Shown here: piece by piece, positions 41,381-56,622 of the stretch | How positions within the stretch are numbered: the first letter of the stretch is position 1 | How the letters are laid out: every line of letters begins with the position of its first letter | From: Octopus vulgaris | Taxonomy: Eukaryota | DNA: 64,000 nt | Reading direction: 5' to 3' | NCBI GenBank assembly: GCA_951406725.2 | Contig: OX597817.1 | Coordinates: 76,756,001-76,820,000 of the forward strand | Notes under the pieces: generated by a model | What the model was told of the DNA's origin: nothing | Databases searched by the model: none | The model's input: only the letters and a program-made list of their open reading frames with translations | Made by a program: the position numbers and the translations under genes

Positions 41381-42960
41381 TTACCATTTTATGTACGGCA
41401 ACAGGTCATCGTACTCCACTACTGGTGGCAATTCGTCGAACACGACACGTACTCCTGATGAGTCTATCTTCTTTCCGAACAGGTCTCGTAGTTTTTCACA
41501 TCTCTCGTCGTCAATAACAATTGCCTTGGTGCTCTCTGGAAAGTATTCCGTAGTTAGTCTCACTCTTATTACTGATTTCGTTTTTGTGATTTTCTTCTCT
41601 ATCTCTGTACTTTTCGCATATGTTACCATATGCTATTTACGTTTTGGTTCTTTTTTATTTGTTTGTTTCTGCAGTCCCACTTGTTTTTCCGCGATGGCTT
41701 CCTTTGGTGTTGTTGGTATCTCATGTTGTGCTTCTTGTTTACTCTCCTTCTTTTCTTTAGTGGACACTTTGGCTGTGAGTCCACGTCTTCTTTCCTTTTC
41801 TTCTTCTTATCCACTACCGTATACTCCTCCTCCACCTTCTCTGGATACTTCTCACATACTGGGTTCGTCGCTTTGGCATTTTGCTCCTGCTCGTCACCAT
41901 GCTGCTGTTGTTTCTTTTCACGTTTATCGTCGTTCTGGGGGCACCTTTCTCTCATGTGTCCCCTTACACCACACTGGTGGAGGTCTTCCTTCCACCACTA
42001 CTCTCAATTTCAAGTCCTCTTGTAATATTACCTCCTCCGCAATCTTATGCAAGTCTTATAAACTGATTTGGATGGCCACTTCAAGGCCATAGCCCCATCA
42101 GTTTACCTCGTTCGTCCTCGTCACTTTCAACACCTTCACGTCCTCCTCCATATTAAACAGGATGGCTGCCACCAGCCACGCCTCCTCAATCTCTGGGGGT
42201 ACTCTGCTAATCCTTACCCTGACCACTCGTTTGCCACAGTTAGTCGGCAGAAGTACCCACTCTGGTGTCCTTAGCTCCACAGTGGAGTGGTTTATCGCTT
42301 CTTATTCACTAACGGACCTTACCTCCACTGGTAACAAACTGTGCCGTATTTCCTCCTTCTCGTGTAACTTATTGTGAAGCTTTTTACCCCCTTTAAGCGT
42401 TCCTCTATAACCTCTACTGTGGCTCTTTCTATTTTTTGTGATGTCATGGATGGTGTTCTATACACCACTGTCCACTTCATCACGCTCGCTGTTAACTTTT
42501 CTGGCGGTGTCAACATCAAACTGGTTCCATCATACTCTATGAGTCTGTTGAACTCCTTCAACTTCCTCTGCTCCATCTTTATCTCCATACCTGCAACATG
42601 TCAGCTGTTGAACTTTTTACAGTGGCTGAAGCATCGCTGCCGGCTGGAATTGGTTAGCAATCCATCCTCTGCTTCTTGCCTACTTCACCCATGACTAAGG
42701 AAGAAATCAATTGTAATTTCACAGACAAAAACAACAACAACAATTCAACAGTTTAACAATGATATCCAACAAGTAGGTTCACCCTTGTAGGAGACCCTCA
42801 ACAAGCATTTAAGAATTTAACTCACAATTTAACTCACAGGGATCAAAAATGATTTTAAAAAGCACCAAAAATAGCTCGATGACTGACCGATACCTCGCCG
42901 ACTCACAGTGCTTGCTATCAGTTGTGAAACAGCCCACTTCTCACTTCGGGGTGTCCGCCA
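41381..42960 (-). pseudogene. Disrupted L1/Tx1-like ORF1 (gag-like, CCHC knuckle) with 5' UTR
   Basis: Consecutive ORF pieces 42588-42319, 42280-42098, 41955-41623 and 41629-41381. VRVRISRVPPEI and VVVEGRPP are followed, after a frameshift, by HQCGVRGHMRERCP (zinc knuckle missing its first Cys), then a K/E-rich tail. Confidence 0.7.
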
Positions 42961-43093
42961 CAACACATTTTGAACGCGACAAAGACAGGCATGATGTCGA
43001 AATATTGTTCAACATATAAAACATCTATTGCAATCGCATTGCGCCCTTCGTCTTGTTACCGTTGTGAAAAGTTACGTTAATCCTTTTAAAATA

Positions 43094-43169
<76 letters not shown>

Positions 43170-43189
43170 CAACAACAGCTATAATCTTT

Positions 43190-43397
43190 TCTACTAGAGG
43201 CAGAAGGTCTGAAATTTGGTGGGAGGGTGATAGTCGATCCATTCGATCCTACTGTTTGAATGGTACTTAATTTATCGAACCCAAAAGAATGAGAAGCAAA
43301 GGCGACCTCGGTAGAATTTGAACTCAGAACGTACTAGCAAAGAAAATACCGCTAAGCATTTCGCCTGGCGCGCTAACGGTTCTGCCAGCTCACCACT

Positions 43398-43399
<2 letters not shown>
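43190..43399 (-). mobile_element. Family A SINE
   Basis: ggtacttaatttatcga...gaatttgaactcagaacg...ctgccagctcaccactt. Confidence 0.85.
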
Positions 43400-43449
<50 letters not shown>

Positions 43450-43502
43450 TAATGATAATAATAATGATAATAATAATAATAACAATAATGATAATAGTAA
43501 TA

Positions 43503-43807
43503 ATAATAAAATACAAAGACCTGGAAATAGAGGTAACCAGAATGTGGAATCTAAAAACAGAAACAATTCCTATCATAGTAGGTGCATTAGGCATGATAAA
43601 AAAATATTCAGACAAATACATAACAAAACCACAAGGACCTACAAACACATATAACATACAGAAAGTTGCGCTACTAGGCACTGCACACATCCTACGCAGA
43701 ACACTTTCCATACAATAACCATCAGAGCATCACAGCAAATCACAGCACATACCTAAGGCACACAGAGCTCGGTAGTGAAGTGAAAGCACGCTATAAAAAT
43801 AAAACTA

Positions 43808-43810
<3 letters not shown>
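43503..43810 (+). pseudogene. 5'-truncated R4/Dong retrotransposon 3' end in (TAA)n
   Basis: KYKDLEIEVTRMWNLKTETIPIIVGALG...IQKVALLGTAHILRRTL is the end of a restriction-like endonuclease domain. (TAA)n lies on both sides and is the known Dong target. Confidence 0.85.
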
Positions 43811-43886
<76 letters not shown>

Positions 43887-44000
43887 GCACTGACACAATT
43901 TAAAAAGTACTTTCGCTTTAATAGAACAAAAATCAACAACTCTACTACTACTACCACTACATCTAGTAGTAGTAGTAGTAGTAGTAGCAGTAGCAGTAGC

Positions 44001-44037
<37 letters not shown>

Positions 44038-44289
44038 CAAAATTATTTAATTTACTAGACACTCCTTAATATCCATAAAGCTATTGTGCAATTACAGGCA
44101 CATGTATCACACAATTACACATGTCGACTCAGACTTGTATCTAAATACGCACGCGTGTGCATTACTGCATGGTTGTGTTCACATCATTGGTGGTACACAT
44201 ACGTAGACACACGTATGTATGTGCGTATGTATATATATATGTATGTATATGTAAATATATATATATGTGTGTGTGTGTAACTATATATG

Positions 44290-44344
<55 letters not shown>

Positions 44345-44682
44345 TTGCTACATATGTGCATTAGAGAAAGCCTAATGGAATTTTGAAGTAGAAGATAAAA
44401 GAGAGGAGAGTAAGCGAGAGAGTGAGAAATAGAGAGAGAGAAAGAAAGAGAGTGAGAGGAAGAAAGAGAATGGAGAAGAGAAATGAAGAAAGGACAATGA
44501 GAGGGTGATAATACAAGAGAAAGTTAAATAAAACGAACAGGATGGTGGTGGTAGTAGTGGTGATGGTGAAAGTTTTAGCTCTGTGCTGAATAAAGGGTAA
44601 TGTCTCAAATTCGCTCTTTCTGAATGTATCCTAGTGTACATATATATATATACATATATATATACATATATATATACATATA

Positions 44683-44791
<109 letters not shown>

Positions 44792-44878
44792 CATACACGT
44801 GTGTATCTATATGCGTGTATACATGGATTTGTATACAGATTCATTTTATACACTGTTTGTATGTGAATGTATTCATGC

Positions 44879-44917
<39 letters not shown>

Positions 44918-44955
44918 GATATATGTAAATATATTATATTATATTATATTATATG

Positions 44956-44989
<34 letters not shown>

Positions 44990-45133
44990 TGTATGTATGT
45001 ATGTATGTATGTATGTATGTATGCACGCTCATATGAGTATATATATATACGCGCATGTATATGACCATATTTGCGCACAGAACACTTGCAGACATAGATA
45101 GATAGATAGATATATAGATAGATAGATAGATAT

Positions 45134-45174
<41 letters not shown>

Positions 45175-45662
45175 GAAAGAGAGAGAGAGAGAGAGGGGAG
45201 AGGATGGAGACGAAGGGAGTAATTCACTCGAAGAAAGAAAGAGAGAAAATGGTAAGGAATCATAAGAGCTATGGTGTACTCAGACAAATAAACGAATAAA
45301 TAAATTCATGAAATTCCATTGGTGAAAAATACCAAAGTTTCATTTGATTTAATTGAAAAAACAATAATAACAACAACAGCAACAACGAAAGAAACGTGAT
45401 AAATAAAAGTCAGAAAGGAAAAAAAATCAAAGTTAATTGGACGACAACGAGGTATTGCTTTTTTTCTTTTTCTTTTTGTATTTTGTTGTAGGAATGGCGC
45501 TTTGTAAGGTGTTGCGTTTGATTGTTTGGAGGTTTGGGACATCCAATTATAGTTGAAGAAATGAAATTAGTTTTCCGGATAAGAAAATTTGCCAGACACC
45601 TAAGTAATATTACATATTCAACTGAATAAACATGTATGTATGTATGTATGTATGTATGTATG

Positions 45663-45696
<34 letters not shown>

Positions 45697-45873
45697 TGTA
45701 TGTATGTATGTATGTATGTAGGTGCTATGTATTTATGTATGTATGTATGTCAGCATGTATGTATGTTTGTATATATACGTATGTGTTTGTGTATGAATGA
45801 TCATACATGGATATGTTCATAATGTTACATATGTGCATATATGCATATATGGCATTTAGTATATCTATATCTA

Positions 45874-45936
<63 letters not shown>

Positions 45937-45956
45937 TTATCTCCCTCTCTCTCTCC

Positions 45957-46214
<258 letters not shown>

Positions 46215-46235
46215 GATAGATATGTATATATAAAT

Positions 46236-47392
46236 ATCTGGAAAATAAAACCATAGAAGTCAAACAGTAGTAACCAATGGAACTGCCTCCAATGACATAC
46301 AAATAGTGAGTGGTGTTCCGCAAGGCATTATTTTGGGATCACTACTGTTCATAATGACCCTCTCAGATATGCCCTCAGCCACACAGGGATCCAAGATCAC
46401 AGGTTATGCAGATGATACAGATGTCTAATAGGTGATACAGAACCCTGAAAGCGCTATTCATCTGCAACGTGAGTTGGATAAAACATACAAGTGTGCTAAG
46501 AAGAATAGCATGCAGTGTAATGCTGAAAGTTTTCAAGCCCTATGCTATTAGCATGCTAAACTAAACGCAATACCAATTAAATACACTGCATCTGGAGGGA
46601 TTGCAATCTCAGAGACACAGTCAATGCGTCATCTGGACATTTACATGAGTAATGATCCATCCTTCCATATGCATGTTGCTAAGGCGGCTAACCGGATGCA
46701 TTTTAGAACTTTTAAAACGAGAGATCAGTAAACCATGATCGTTCTCTGGAGGACATTTGTCCTAAGCCGCTTTTACTATTGCTCCCAGCTATGGTCACCA
46801 ACCAGTGTAAAATTAATTGCAGAACTTGAGGCAATCCAATGAATTTACACGAAGATGGTCTCTATGCAGCATCTAAGCTACTGACAAAAGCTAAAGAGAT
46901 TGAGACTCTATTCCCTGGAGCGTTGGTGAGAAATATATGCCATAATATACATCAGGAAGATCCTGGAAGTTCTTGTCACAAAACTCAGCATTGAGAGTTA
47001 CACTAACGCTAGAACAGGGCGCCACTGAATAGTGCCAAAGACTCAAACTTTACCATCAAAATAGAGGACAAGATATTGCAATAGCCTGGGATTTCAAGGC
47101 CCACAGCTCTTCAACATCCTCTCGAAGAACCTGAGAGATGTATCTGGGGTGGATATAGATGTCTTCAAAACTAAACTAAATCTCTTACAGTCAAGAGTTC
47201 CAGATGAACCAGCTTCACAGCAGGAAGTGCAAATGTGGACAGCGGCGTCAAACACCCTCATGCACCAAATGTCAAGTTCTTAAAAGAATTAGTTAAGTGA
47301 AAATTATGTACCAACACCAAATGGCGGTGCCCTAGCATGGCCACAGCTTGTGAGTTGAAACTACTTCAATTCATTCAATTCAGTTCATTCAA

Positions 47393-47396
<4 letters not shown>
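46236..47396 (+). mobile_element. 5'-truncated, decayed CR1-like LINE (RT and 3' UTR)
   Basis: SGVPQGIILGSLLF (46312-), YADD (46405-46416), YCSQLWSP and FKTKL...VPDEP with several stops. Short tandem (ttca/ttcaa)n tail. Confidence 0.85.
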
Positions 47397-47435
<39 letters not shown>

Positions 47436-47484
47436 AATATTAAATTTCTAAATGTCTCAAAGAGACGAGCGGTGGTGGAGCGAT

Positions 47485-47932
<448 letters not shown>

Positions 47933-48449
47933 TATTTATAAATATACACATACATGAGTACTAGAATGAACATACGTGTGTTCAGAAGTTTCCACGTAAT
48001 ATCGACGGCTTATAATGATATATTAAAGATTTACTCACCCCTGTCTCTACAGTGATACCTTGTCTTAATAGCAATTTACATTTACGTTTCACATTTGGGT
48101 TTCAGTTACTACTAGGCCGGTGTAGCTTACTAATGGCTTTATATTTATTGCATGCTTCGTATATTCGGAGGTGATTTAAATAATTTTAACTTCTACTTTA
48201 TCTCCTCTGACGTCTCTCACATGACTACCACAGGTACACATAAAGCTCGATATACCACCTTGAAGTTTGTTATATCTTATATATATATATATCTGTCAGG
48301 TGTAAGAAATATACGCAGATTATCCCAGATTACAAACTGGTTCTACAATGGATTTTCATTATGAGGCAACAGTAACAATAGACAAACATTTTTGTTACGC
48401 TACTCTTTATTTCTCATTTTATTTCTCATATTTTTCTCATATTTATTTC

Positions 48450-48755
48450 TCAAATTTTGGCACAAGGTCAGAAATTCCGGAGCAATGGGTAATTATTAAT
48501 TACATCAATCCCCCTCCCCAGTATTCAAATGTTACTTATTTTATCGACCTCGAAAGGATGAAAGGCAAAGTCAACTTCGACAGAATTTGAACCCAGGCGA
48601 TAAAGACGGACGAAATGACACTAAGCATTTTGCCCGGCGTGCTAACGATGCTGACAATTCGCTGTCTTAGTTTTTGCAATAATATTGGTTTCAATCTTTG
48701 GCACAAGATCGGCAGTTTCGGAGCAAGGGTTAAGTAGATTACATCGACCCCAGAT
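48450..48755 (-). mobile_element. Family A SINE plus partial second tail
   Basis: ttttatcgacctcgaaaggatgaaaggcaaagtcaac...ctaagcattttgcccggcgtgctaacg. Confidence 0.8.
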
Positions 48756-49469
48756 GCAATGCTATTGCTAGCCAGTTGGAGACCCTTCAGAAGCTTTCTA
48801 CGCCAACTAACAAACACCCCTTATTACTTTTATCATCATCTAAAAAAATAAAGCAATAAGCTTTTGCGCAATGCATTTCCCGGAAAGCTCTTGATCCGTT
48901 CAAAGATGCGCTCAGACTTTTGCTAAACAGTATTCCCTTATATTATGAGTATAGATCTGTAAACAGTAACAACCTCGGCTTAAATGATTGCTATAGTTTT
49001 ATTTCAATTTTAATTCCAATCTGTGTAATTCACGCAGACAGCTATTTTTCTTCAAGCTAGCCTTACTATTTCATTTAAAATCAGTAGTCAGGTACTTCAA
49101 GTATTTTTCATTCGTCTCTAGATTTTAACTACTTTTTTTTATCTATCTCTTTCAAGTTTTTAATTACAATTTCATTTATAAATTAAAGGTTTATGATTCT
49201 GGCGCAAGGCCTAAAATTTGGTGGAAGAAAATATCGTTACCATTGACGACAGTACTTGACTGTATATTATCGTGCCTAGAGAGTTGAAAGGGGCGAAGTT
49301 ATCCTCGTCGGGATTTGATCTCAGAACGTAAAGACCCGGAAGAAATACAGCAAACATTTTTCCGTAGCTCTAACAGCTCTTCTAAAACACATTGACACTG
49401 ACTTTTCTCAAAGGAAGCTGTTCTATCACCGCTATCTGTCACTTTAATTAATATCAGTCAAACAACTTA

Positions 49470-50043
<574 letters not shown>

Positions 50044-52182
50044 AAACAATAATTTATTATGGAATTTTCCCATATGCTTCTAAATGTTTACGTTCACAAA
50101 TGAGTTGCTTATGATATTGAACATTTGTGTGAGCTATCGCTCTATCCCATAGCAATAATACGTTCCTCTAGCGTCTGATAACTTCTCTTTATACCAATCC
50201 TTAAGCTGCTGTTTCTTCAACTAGCTTTTCTACCGTAATCTACATTGCTCTGACGAGCTCATTTAATTAACCTCATAAAGCTAAACGTCACTTTATATTC
50301 TTCTGTATCCTTTAATTTCCACTTTGTTGCCATTGTTAAAATCATTAGCCTCCATTAGAGTTTAATGATTTTAACATGTGTATTTAATGTCCTTCAGATA
50401 ATGAACTTACACGTTACATAATTTAAAGAACAACTGAAGCACACTCTTTCTCTCATCAATGACTCATAAGTGCTACATAGGCACTCGACCCGATAGAAAT
50501 AATAGTTAATTCGTCCTCAAATCACATCCCAGACCTCATAAAAAAAACATTAAATAGAAGATAAGATGTCTATGACTGGAACCTTTTTCATTAGAGTCTG
50601 CTTGTTCGAGAATGCCATGGAACTAAACGACAGTAATAGCAGCAGTAGCAAAAGTATCTGCAATTACAACTTTTAATAGAAAGACATTTATTTCTTAACA
50701 TTGTCGAACACATTATTCCAATAAACATCCTTGGAAGTTTCCACTTCTCTGTCAGTATGGATATAAGATGGGGGTTGATGTTGTTTTCCCACGTTTACAT
50801 GGCCCCTGGTTCAATCTGTCTTCAGTCTGCTTTAGCCATGAAGTTACCCATATTTTGTGTGAGAAACTGGATAGGCGATAGGCGGAAACTGTGCAGAAGC
50901 CGCTACCTACTTTAGCACCATCACCTGGGCCTAGGGCAACTTTAGTTGATACAATTCTGTTTCAAGCATTTGAACAAGGTCTCTGGTTTGAGGATTATCT
51001 ATAAGCTATGGTTTATTCTTTTACGTACCCTCACCTGTCCAGCTTTCCCTACGATTAGCTTATGGACACTGACTTCGCTCGTCTGAAAAAGCTACCGATG
51101 GTAAACGTGTGACACGGTCGACATGCGTGTCACACCGTTGCTCCTTAGCTGTCATGCCTGTTAGTAACAACACATTTCTCAGAGCTCTTTGATTATTTAG
51201 TTTATTGTATTTGAAAAGGGGAATCTTTCCCGAAAGGTCATATGATCATTAAGCAACGTATGTAAGATAATAAAATTTGTGTTTTCAGTTTTCATTTATT
51301 AACATCACCTTACATATATTGCCAAGCTTTTCACTTGCCTGGCTCAATGTTTTTATTTTCAAACATGTATATAATTTACTAATATACATGCATACATTTA
51401 AGTGACACACCAATAACAAGATCAGAAGTAAAAGAAAACTAGAGAAATCTTTCGACTTAAAAGGTTCATCACTGGATTAAACCATAATGGATATTTAGAT
51501 ATAAAACCAAATGTGAACCCCAACTAAGGCTTTTTGTATTACATTTCACTTTTAAAGTAAAGAAATGTTGCAGTTATGAATAGGTTTTAATAACTCTACA
51601 ATCAAACGTATTCATATCAGAAGACCTACTTTCATATATGATAACTTATCTGATATAAAAGCTAGTTTCAAATTTTAGCGCAAGGCCCAAGCTCGTGGGA
51701 GGGGGTAGTCGATTACATTGATCCCAGTGCTCAACTGGTATTTATTTTATCGACCCCAAAAGAAAAATTATAAATTGTTGTTTAACCCTTGTCAGTCCTC
51801 ACTCAGGTATCATATGCTCAAACATATACGAGTCGCGAACATCTAGCATTATTTTTCAGTTACATCTAAGAATATATTATACAATGTGCATTTATTTTTT
51901 AAGATACTACGACGTAAAAGAGTAAGATTTGGCTGCATTTCTTGAAGTACAGTACTGGTTGTACAGTTTCTATGAAAATTTTCTTGCCTTAATATTACAG
52001 GAATTTCTGCAGATTTTTTTTATTATTTTGCGAATTTTATACATTTTTAAAGAATTTATTATTTTTTTTTATTAAATATATGGTGAAATGTAGGTATTTA
52101 TTTGCACTTTACAACTTATACAGAAGTTTCAGTTCACATTTAAAGGTTCAAGGATTTTCTCTCTCTCTCTCTCTCTCTCTCT

Positions 52183-52225
<43 letters not shown>

Positions 52226-52354
52226 ATATATATATATACATGCATACAGATTACACACATACATACATACGTATATATATATATAATATTATATTATATT
52301 ATACATATACATACACCTATATATATAATATATACAAATATACTTATACATATA

Positions 52355-52396
<42 letters not shown>

Positions 52397-53068
52397 CGTA
52401 TACATATACATATATCTTATTGGCAGAATACTTATTCATAATGTCTTAGTATTTACCAGTTCCAAATTTTCTAACGGCCAAAAAGTCAAATAGTTAATTT
52501 TTTTTACAAAGTTTTCCGAGATGTCTCTAAAAAATATTTCCCTCGTAAATTAAATGAAAAGATGTCATGGAACTATAAAATGGATAAAAATAAAATAATA
52601 TAAATAACATAGATAATATAAATGTTATCTTATACATAAAGGAAAGGGAAAAAAGAATAAGCGATCCGAATCTTCTTATTGCTTTCGGTATTTGTGCACA
52701 GAAATATATAAATACATACATACATACATACATACATACATACATACATACATGCATACATACATATATATATATACATATGTATGTTTGTATATACACA
52801 TATATATGTATAGGTGTGTGTGACTGTCTGTGTTTGCGTGTGTATATGCATGCGCTTCTGTATTTATATATGTGTACACAAACATATACATGTATGTATG
52901 CATATATATATGTATATACATTTGTGTGTGTGTGTGTGTAATTGTGTGGTGTATGTATGGGAAGTTGTACATGTACATATGATATTTTGATTGTATGCAA
53001 ACATAGATTATATGTGTATCCGTATTATATAATGTTAGGCGTGTTTATATATCTCAGTATATATAAAT

Positions 53069-53109
<41 letters not shown>

Positions 53110-54344
53110 GAATCACAACCATTTCTTCATCTCGGTATTTTGACCAGATTTTAAATATATATCATACCATCTTTTGCTTTACCTCTCTTTCAAGAAATAG
53201 TAACATATTTACGCTGACAAGTAAAATATATTTCATCATGAAAAGGTTAAATGTAACCAAATGAATAAATAATGACGTTGTATGTCTCTGAAGGTAAACA
53301 AGTACAATTTGTTGAAGAATTTGAGCTCAGAATAGGAGACAAACTAGAATCTTACCCGTCATATGACAGTAAAGTTAGCGGTATACTTTCGCCACCAGAT
53401 GTAATTTCAGGAAATATGGCATGCATACTATAATTATAATTTAACGTCTATTAAATTTTCTGGTGTTTATACAAAATTATGAAACGTAGACTAATTTTCA
53501 AGCGAAAAATATAATGTAAAACTAAATTAAACGAATTCTTCATTTGCAAATTTGCAATAAATATACTATTATTTTTCTAAATTTTTATCAACACAATCAC
53601 AGTCTACTCCACCAATAACCTATCTTTGTAAAAATTTCATGTATTTTTCAGAAAGTGATAAGCATCAAAGTGATGGGGGGGGGGACTATACTGGAGTTAT
53701 GCCTCTCTCTCTTTCTCTGACTCTTTCTCTTACCAAGCTGTGTATGTGCACTCATCCTGCACCTGCCATGTTAACTCTGTGTATTTCTCTTTTACTCTCC
53801 CACTCTGTAAAGCGTGAGCAGAAAAAAACAGACAACCAACGAACCAGCCAACCAACCAACCAACCAACCAACCAACCAACCAACCAATATTTATATCAGT
53901 TATTATATAGAGATAAAAGAATTGGATAATTAATGTGATTCTTGATATAGAGTGACTAAAAAAATAAGAAGAAGAAGAAAAGACAGAACGTCTTAGATCA
54001 TTCGTATGTTTGCTTGATCTCAGGACTGACCTGGTGCTAAACAACAACAAAACCAGTGACCTAAAACTTAGTCAAGAACTTTTTGTTAATATATCTCTGT
54101 TAATTTCTATTTCATGCACAGCACAGTGTAAGTAATAAGAACTGAAATACATTTTAATATTGCAAAGCCTGACTGTGAGTTAAATAAGAATGTAAACATT
54201 ATTTCTATGCTATTGAAGTACGACAGATTTTTAAAAGGAACCCAAAATAGAGAAATCGTTAAAAAAATTTTTTTTTGCATATCATTGGCATGGAAAAGGT
54301 GTGCTTACATTCTCAGTTCACCTACAGTGAGGCCTTGCAATACT

Positions 54345-54535
54345 GGTTTCAAATTTCGGCACAAGGCCAGCATGTTGGGAGGAGTAAATCGATTACATCA
54401 GTCCCAGTGCTCAACTGGTACATATTTTATCGACCTCGGCGACCTCGGCGGAATTTGAACGCAGAAAGTATCAACGGACGAAATGCCGTTAAGTATTTTA
54501 TTCGGCATGCTAATTATTTTCCCAGTTCACCGACT
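54345..54535 (-). mobile_element. Family A SINE (diverged)
   Basis: cccagtgctcaactggtacatattttatcgacctcggcg..gaatttgaac..gacgaaatgccgttaag. Confidence 0.75.
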
Positions 54536-54632
54536 TCAGGCTCGGTAATATTAAAATTTATTCTAGTCCATCTGCTAATATATTTGTGTCTTTCCTTTAT
54601 ATGCTCCAATCCAAAGTCTGAACATGTTGGGG

Positions 54633-54704
54633 CACTATAATTCGAAATCAAAACCCGGTCTCATGCACTATAGGCGGGGATACTTACCTCTATACTACCA
54701 AGGA
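54633..54704 (-). pseudogene. tRNA-Asp-derived pseudogene or repeat head
   Basis: Minus strand tccttggtagtatagaggtaagtatccccgcctatagtgcatgagaccgggttttgattt aligns with eukaryotic tRNA-Asp (TCCTCGTTAGTATAGTGG.GAGTATCCCCGCCTGTCACGCGGGAGACCGGGGTTCGATT). Anticodon, B box and acceptor are broken. Confidence 0.7.
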
Positions 54705-55396
54705 CTAGCTGCTATATTATGCTTAAACTACAAGATATTACAACTTGATTTGACGTTTGCTTCGCAATCGTTGATGACCTCGTATGACGATGTCACTTAA
54801 CATACAAACAACAGAACAATATCTTGGGACTATATTCTGTCTTCGGAATCATAAAACCATCAGCTTCAAAACAAATGCTAGTTGCCTGCAAAAGTTCAAC
54901 TGTGATTCATACGCCGATGCTATACAAGGGATATATTTGATGCCTGATGTCTCATTGCTGAGTGGGGACGACATTTGCGATAAAATTACTGATGAAATAT
55001 TGTCGGCCTCCCACGGTAACTCAGCGGTGAAGATGTAGAACCGTATGAAAATTCCAAGGCTCTACATACTAGACCAGGCATGGGTAATCATTTTTTTTTT
55101 TTGAGAATCGTGCCGCATGAGATTTAGCTCATCATCAGGCGTGCTGCACTATAAAAAAATTTCAAGGTAATGTTGTGTTTAGGCATACCCATAGAAAGTC
55201 CCGATGCTGTTTTAGATGCTGATGGCACAGATCGTACCACCTTACTGTTTACACACACACACACATGTTAAGACATTAGGATATTTTCCTACTTTTCTTC
55301 GCATGAAACTAATGGTAGCCTTAATTCACATATAAAGAAATTATATTCACCAATGCGGTGTTGGGCACTCATATTCATCGTTCGATATGTGCGTGC

Positions 55397-55434
<38 letters not shown>

Positions 55435-55439
55435 ATATC

Positions 55440-55650
55440 GTGTTGCTTCTATTTGTCCCTTCACCCACTTAACAGCCGGTGTTGGTTTGTTTACGTCCCT
55501 AACACTTAGTAGTTCGGAGAAAGAGACCGTAGAACAAGTGTCAGACTTTAAAGTGCAGGTGTCAATTTCTTCTACTAAACCCTTCATGGTGGTTCTCCAG
55601 CATGGCCGCAGTCCGATGACTGAAACAAGTAAACAATAAAAGATAAAATA
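55440..55650 (+). mobile_element. Family B SINE, 3' half
   Basis: gtttacgtccc..acttagtagttcgg..ctccagcatggccgcagtccgatgactgaaacaagtaaa. Confidence 0.8.
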
Positions 55651-55750
55651 TATATGCGAGATGTATTCCAAATGCTTTGAGATTTTTAAGAACAGGTAGT
55701 TATAACTGTCCTAGATTATTGTAACTTTGGTGTATCATTACAATATATGT

Positions 55751-55984
55751 GGAGGCGCGTGGGTTAGTGGTTAGGGTGTCAGCATTTTGATCGTAAGAGT
55801 GTGGTTTCGATTCCTAGAGCGGACGACGCGTTGTGTTCTTTAGCAAAACACTTCATTTCACGTTGCTCCAGTCCACTCAGCTGGCAAAAATGAGTAACGC
55901 TGCGATAGATTGACGTCCCGTCCAGCGGGGGAACACATACGCCATTGAAACCGGGAAACCGGGCCCATGATCCTGGTTAGGCTT
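55751..55984 (+). mobile_element. Family C-type SINE with a different tail
   Basis: ggaggcgcgtgggttagtggttag head; core gttgtgttctttagcaaaacacttcatttcacgttgctccagtccactcagctg; tail unlike that of 13797. Confidence 0.8.
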
Positions 55985-56184
55985 CCAATATTTCGTTATT
56001 CCAAATCGGGGAAGACGGCTATAACATATTTTTGAACACAACCTGCTAAACACTGCTTCTCACATGTGACTGGTTTGCAGATTTACTGTTGGGATGCGAA
56101 TACACTTTGAAAGCTTGTTATGCGTTAAGGTTTTGTGTTAACGTGGGCGAAAAGCTACAGAAACATATGAAATGCTCCAGATTG

Positions 56185-56370
56185 CTTACTCTTTTACTCT
56201 CTTTTACTTGTTTCAGTCATTTGACTGCGGCCATGCTGGAGCACCGCCTTGAGTCGACCAAATCGACCCCAGGACTTATTCTATCGGTCAATTTTGCTGA
56301 ACAGCTAAGTTACGGGGACGTAAACCATATCGGTTGTTAAGCGAAGCTAGGGGGGACAAACACAGACACA

Positions 56371-56469
<99 letters not shown>

Positions 56470-56581
56470 TGGCCTGCTCGCTTAGCCAGCGGGGTGGCGT
56501 CATTCGAAGGCTAAAAACAATGCGAACGCATTGTGACCAGCGATGTGTAACTACATCTGATGGACTGGTCGGTCACGTGAT

Positions 56582-56622
<41 letters not shown>

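Noticed and set aside
41391-42092. 233-aa plus-strand ORF
   Set aside because: Antisense shadow of the minus-strand ORF1 relic.
51096-51134. 10-bp stem hairpin as a Helitron 3' end
   Set aside because: No CTRR terminus at the expected distance and no other Helitron evidence.
55075-55160. caggcatgggtaa hAT-like terminus
   Set aside because: No matching second TIR or TSD was found.
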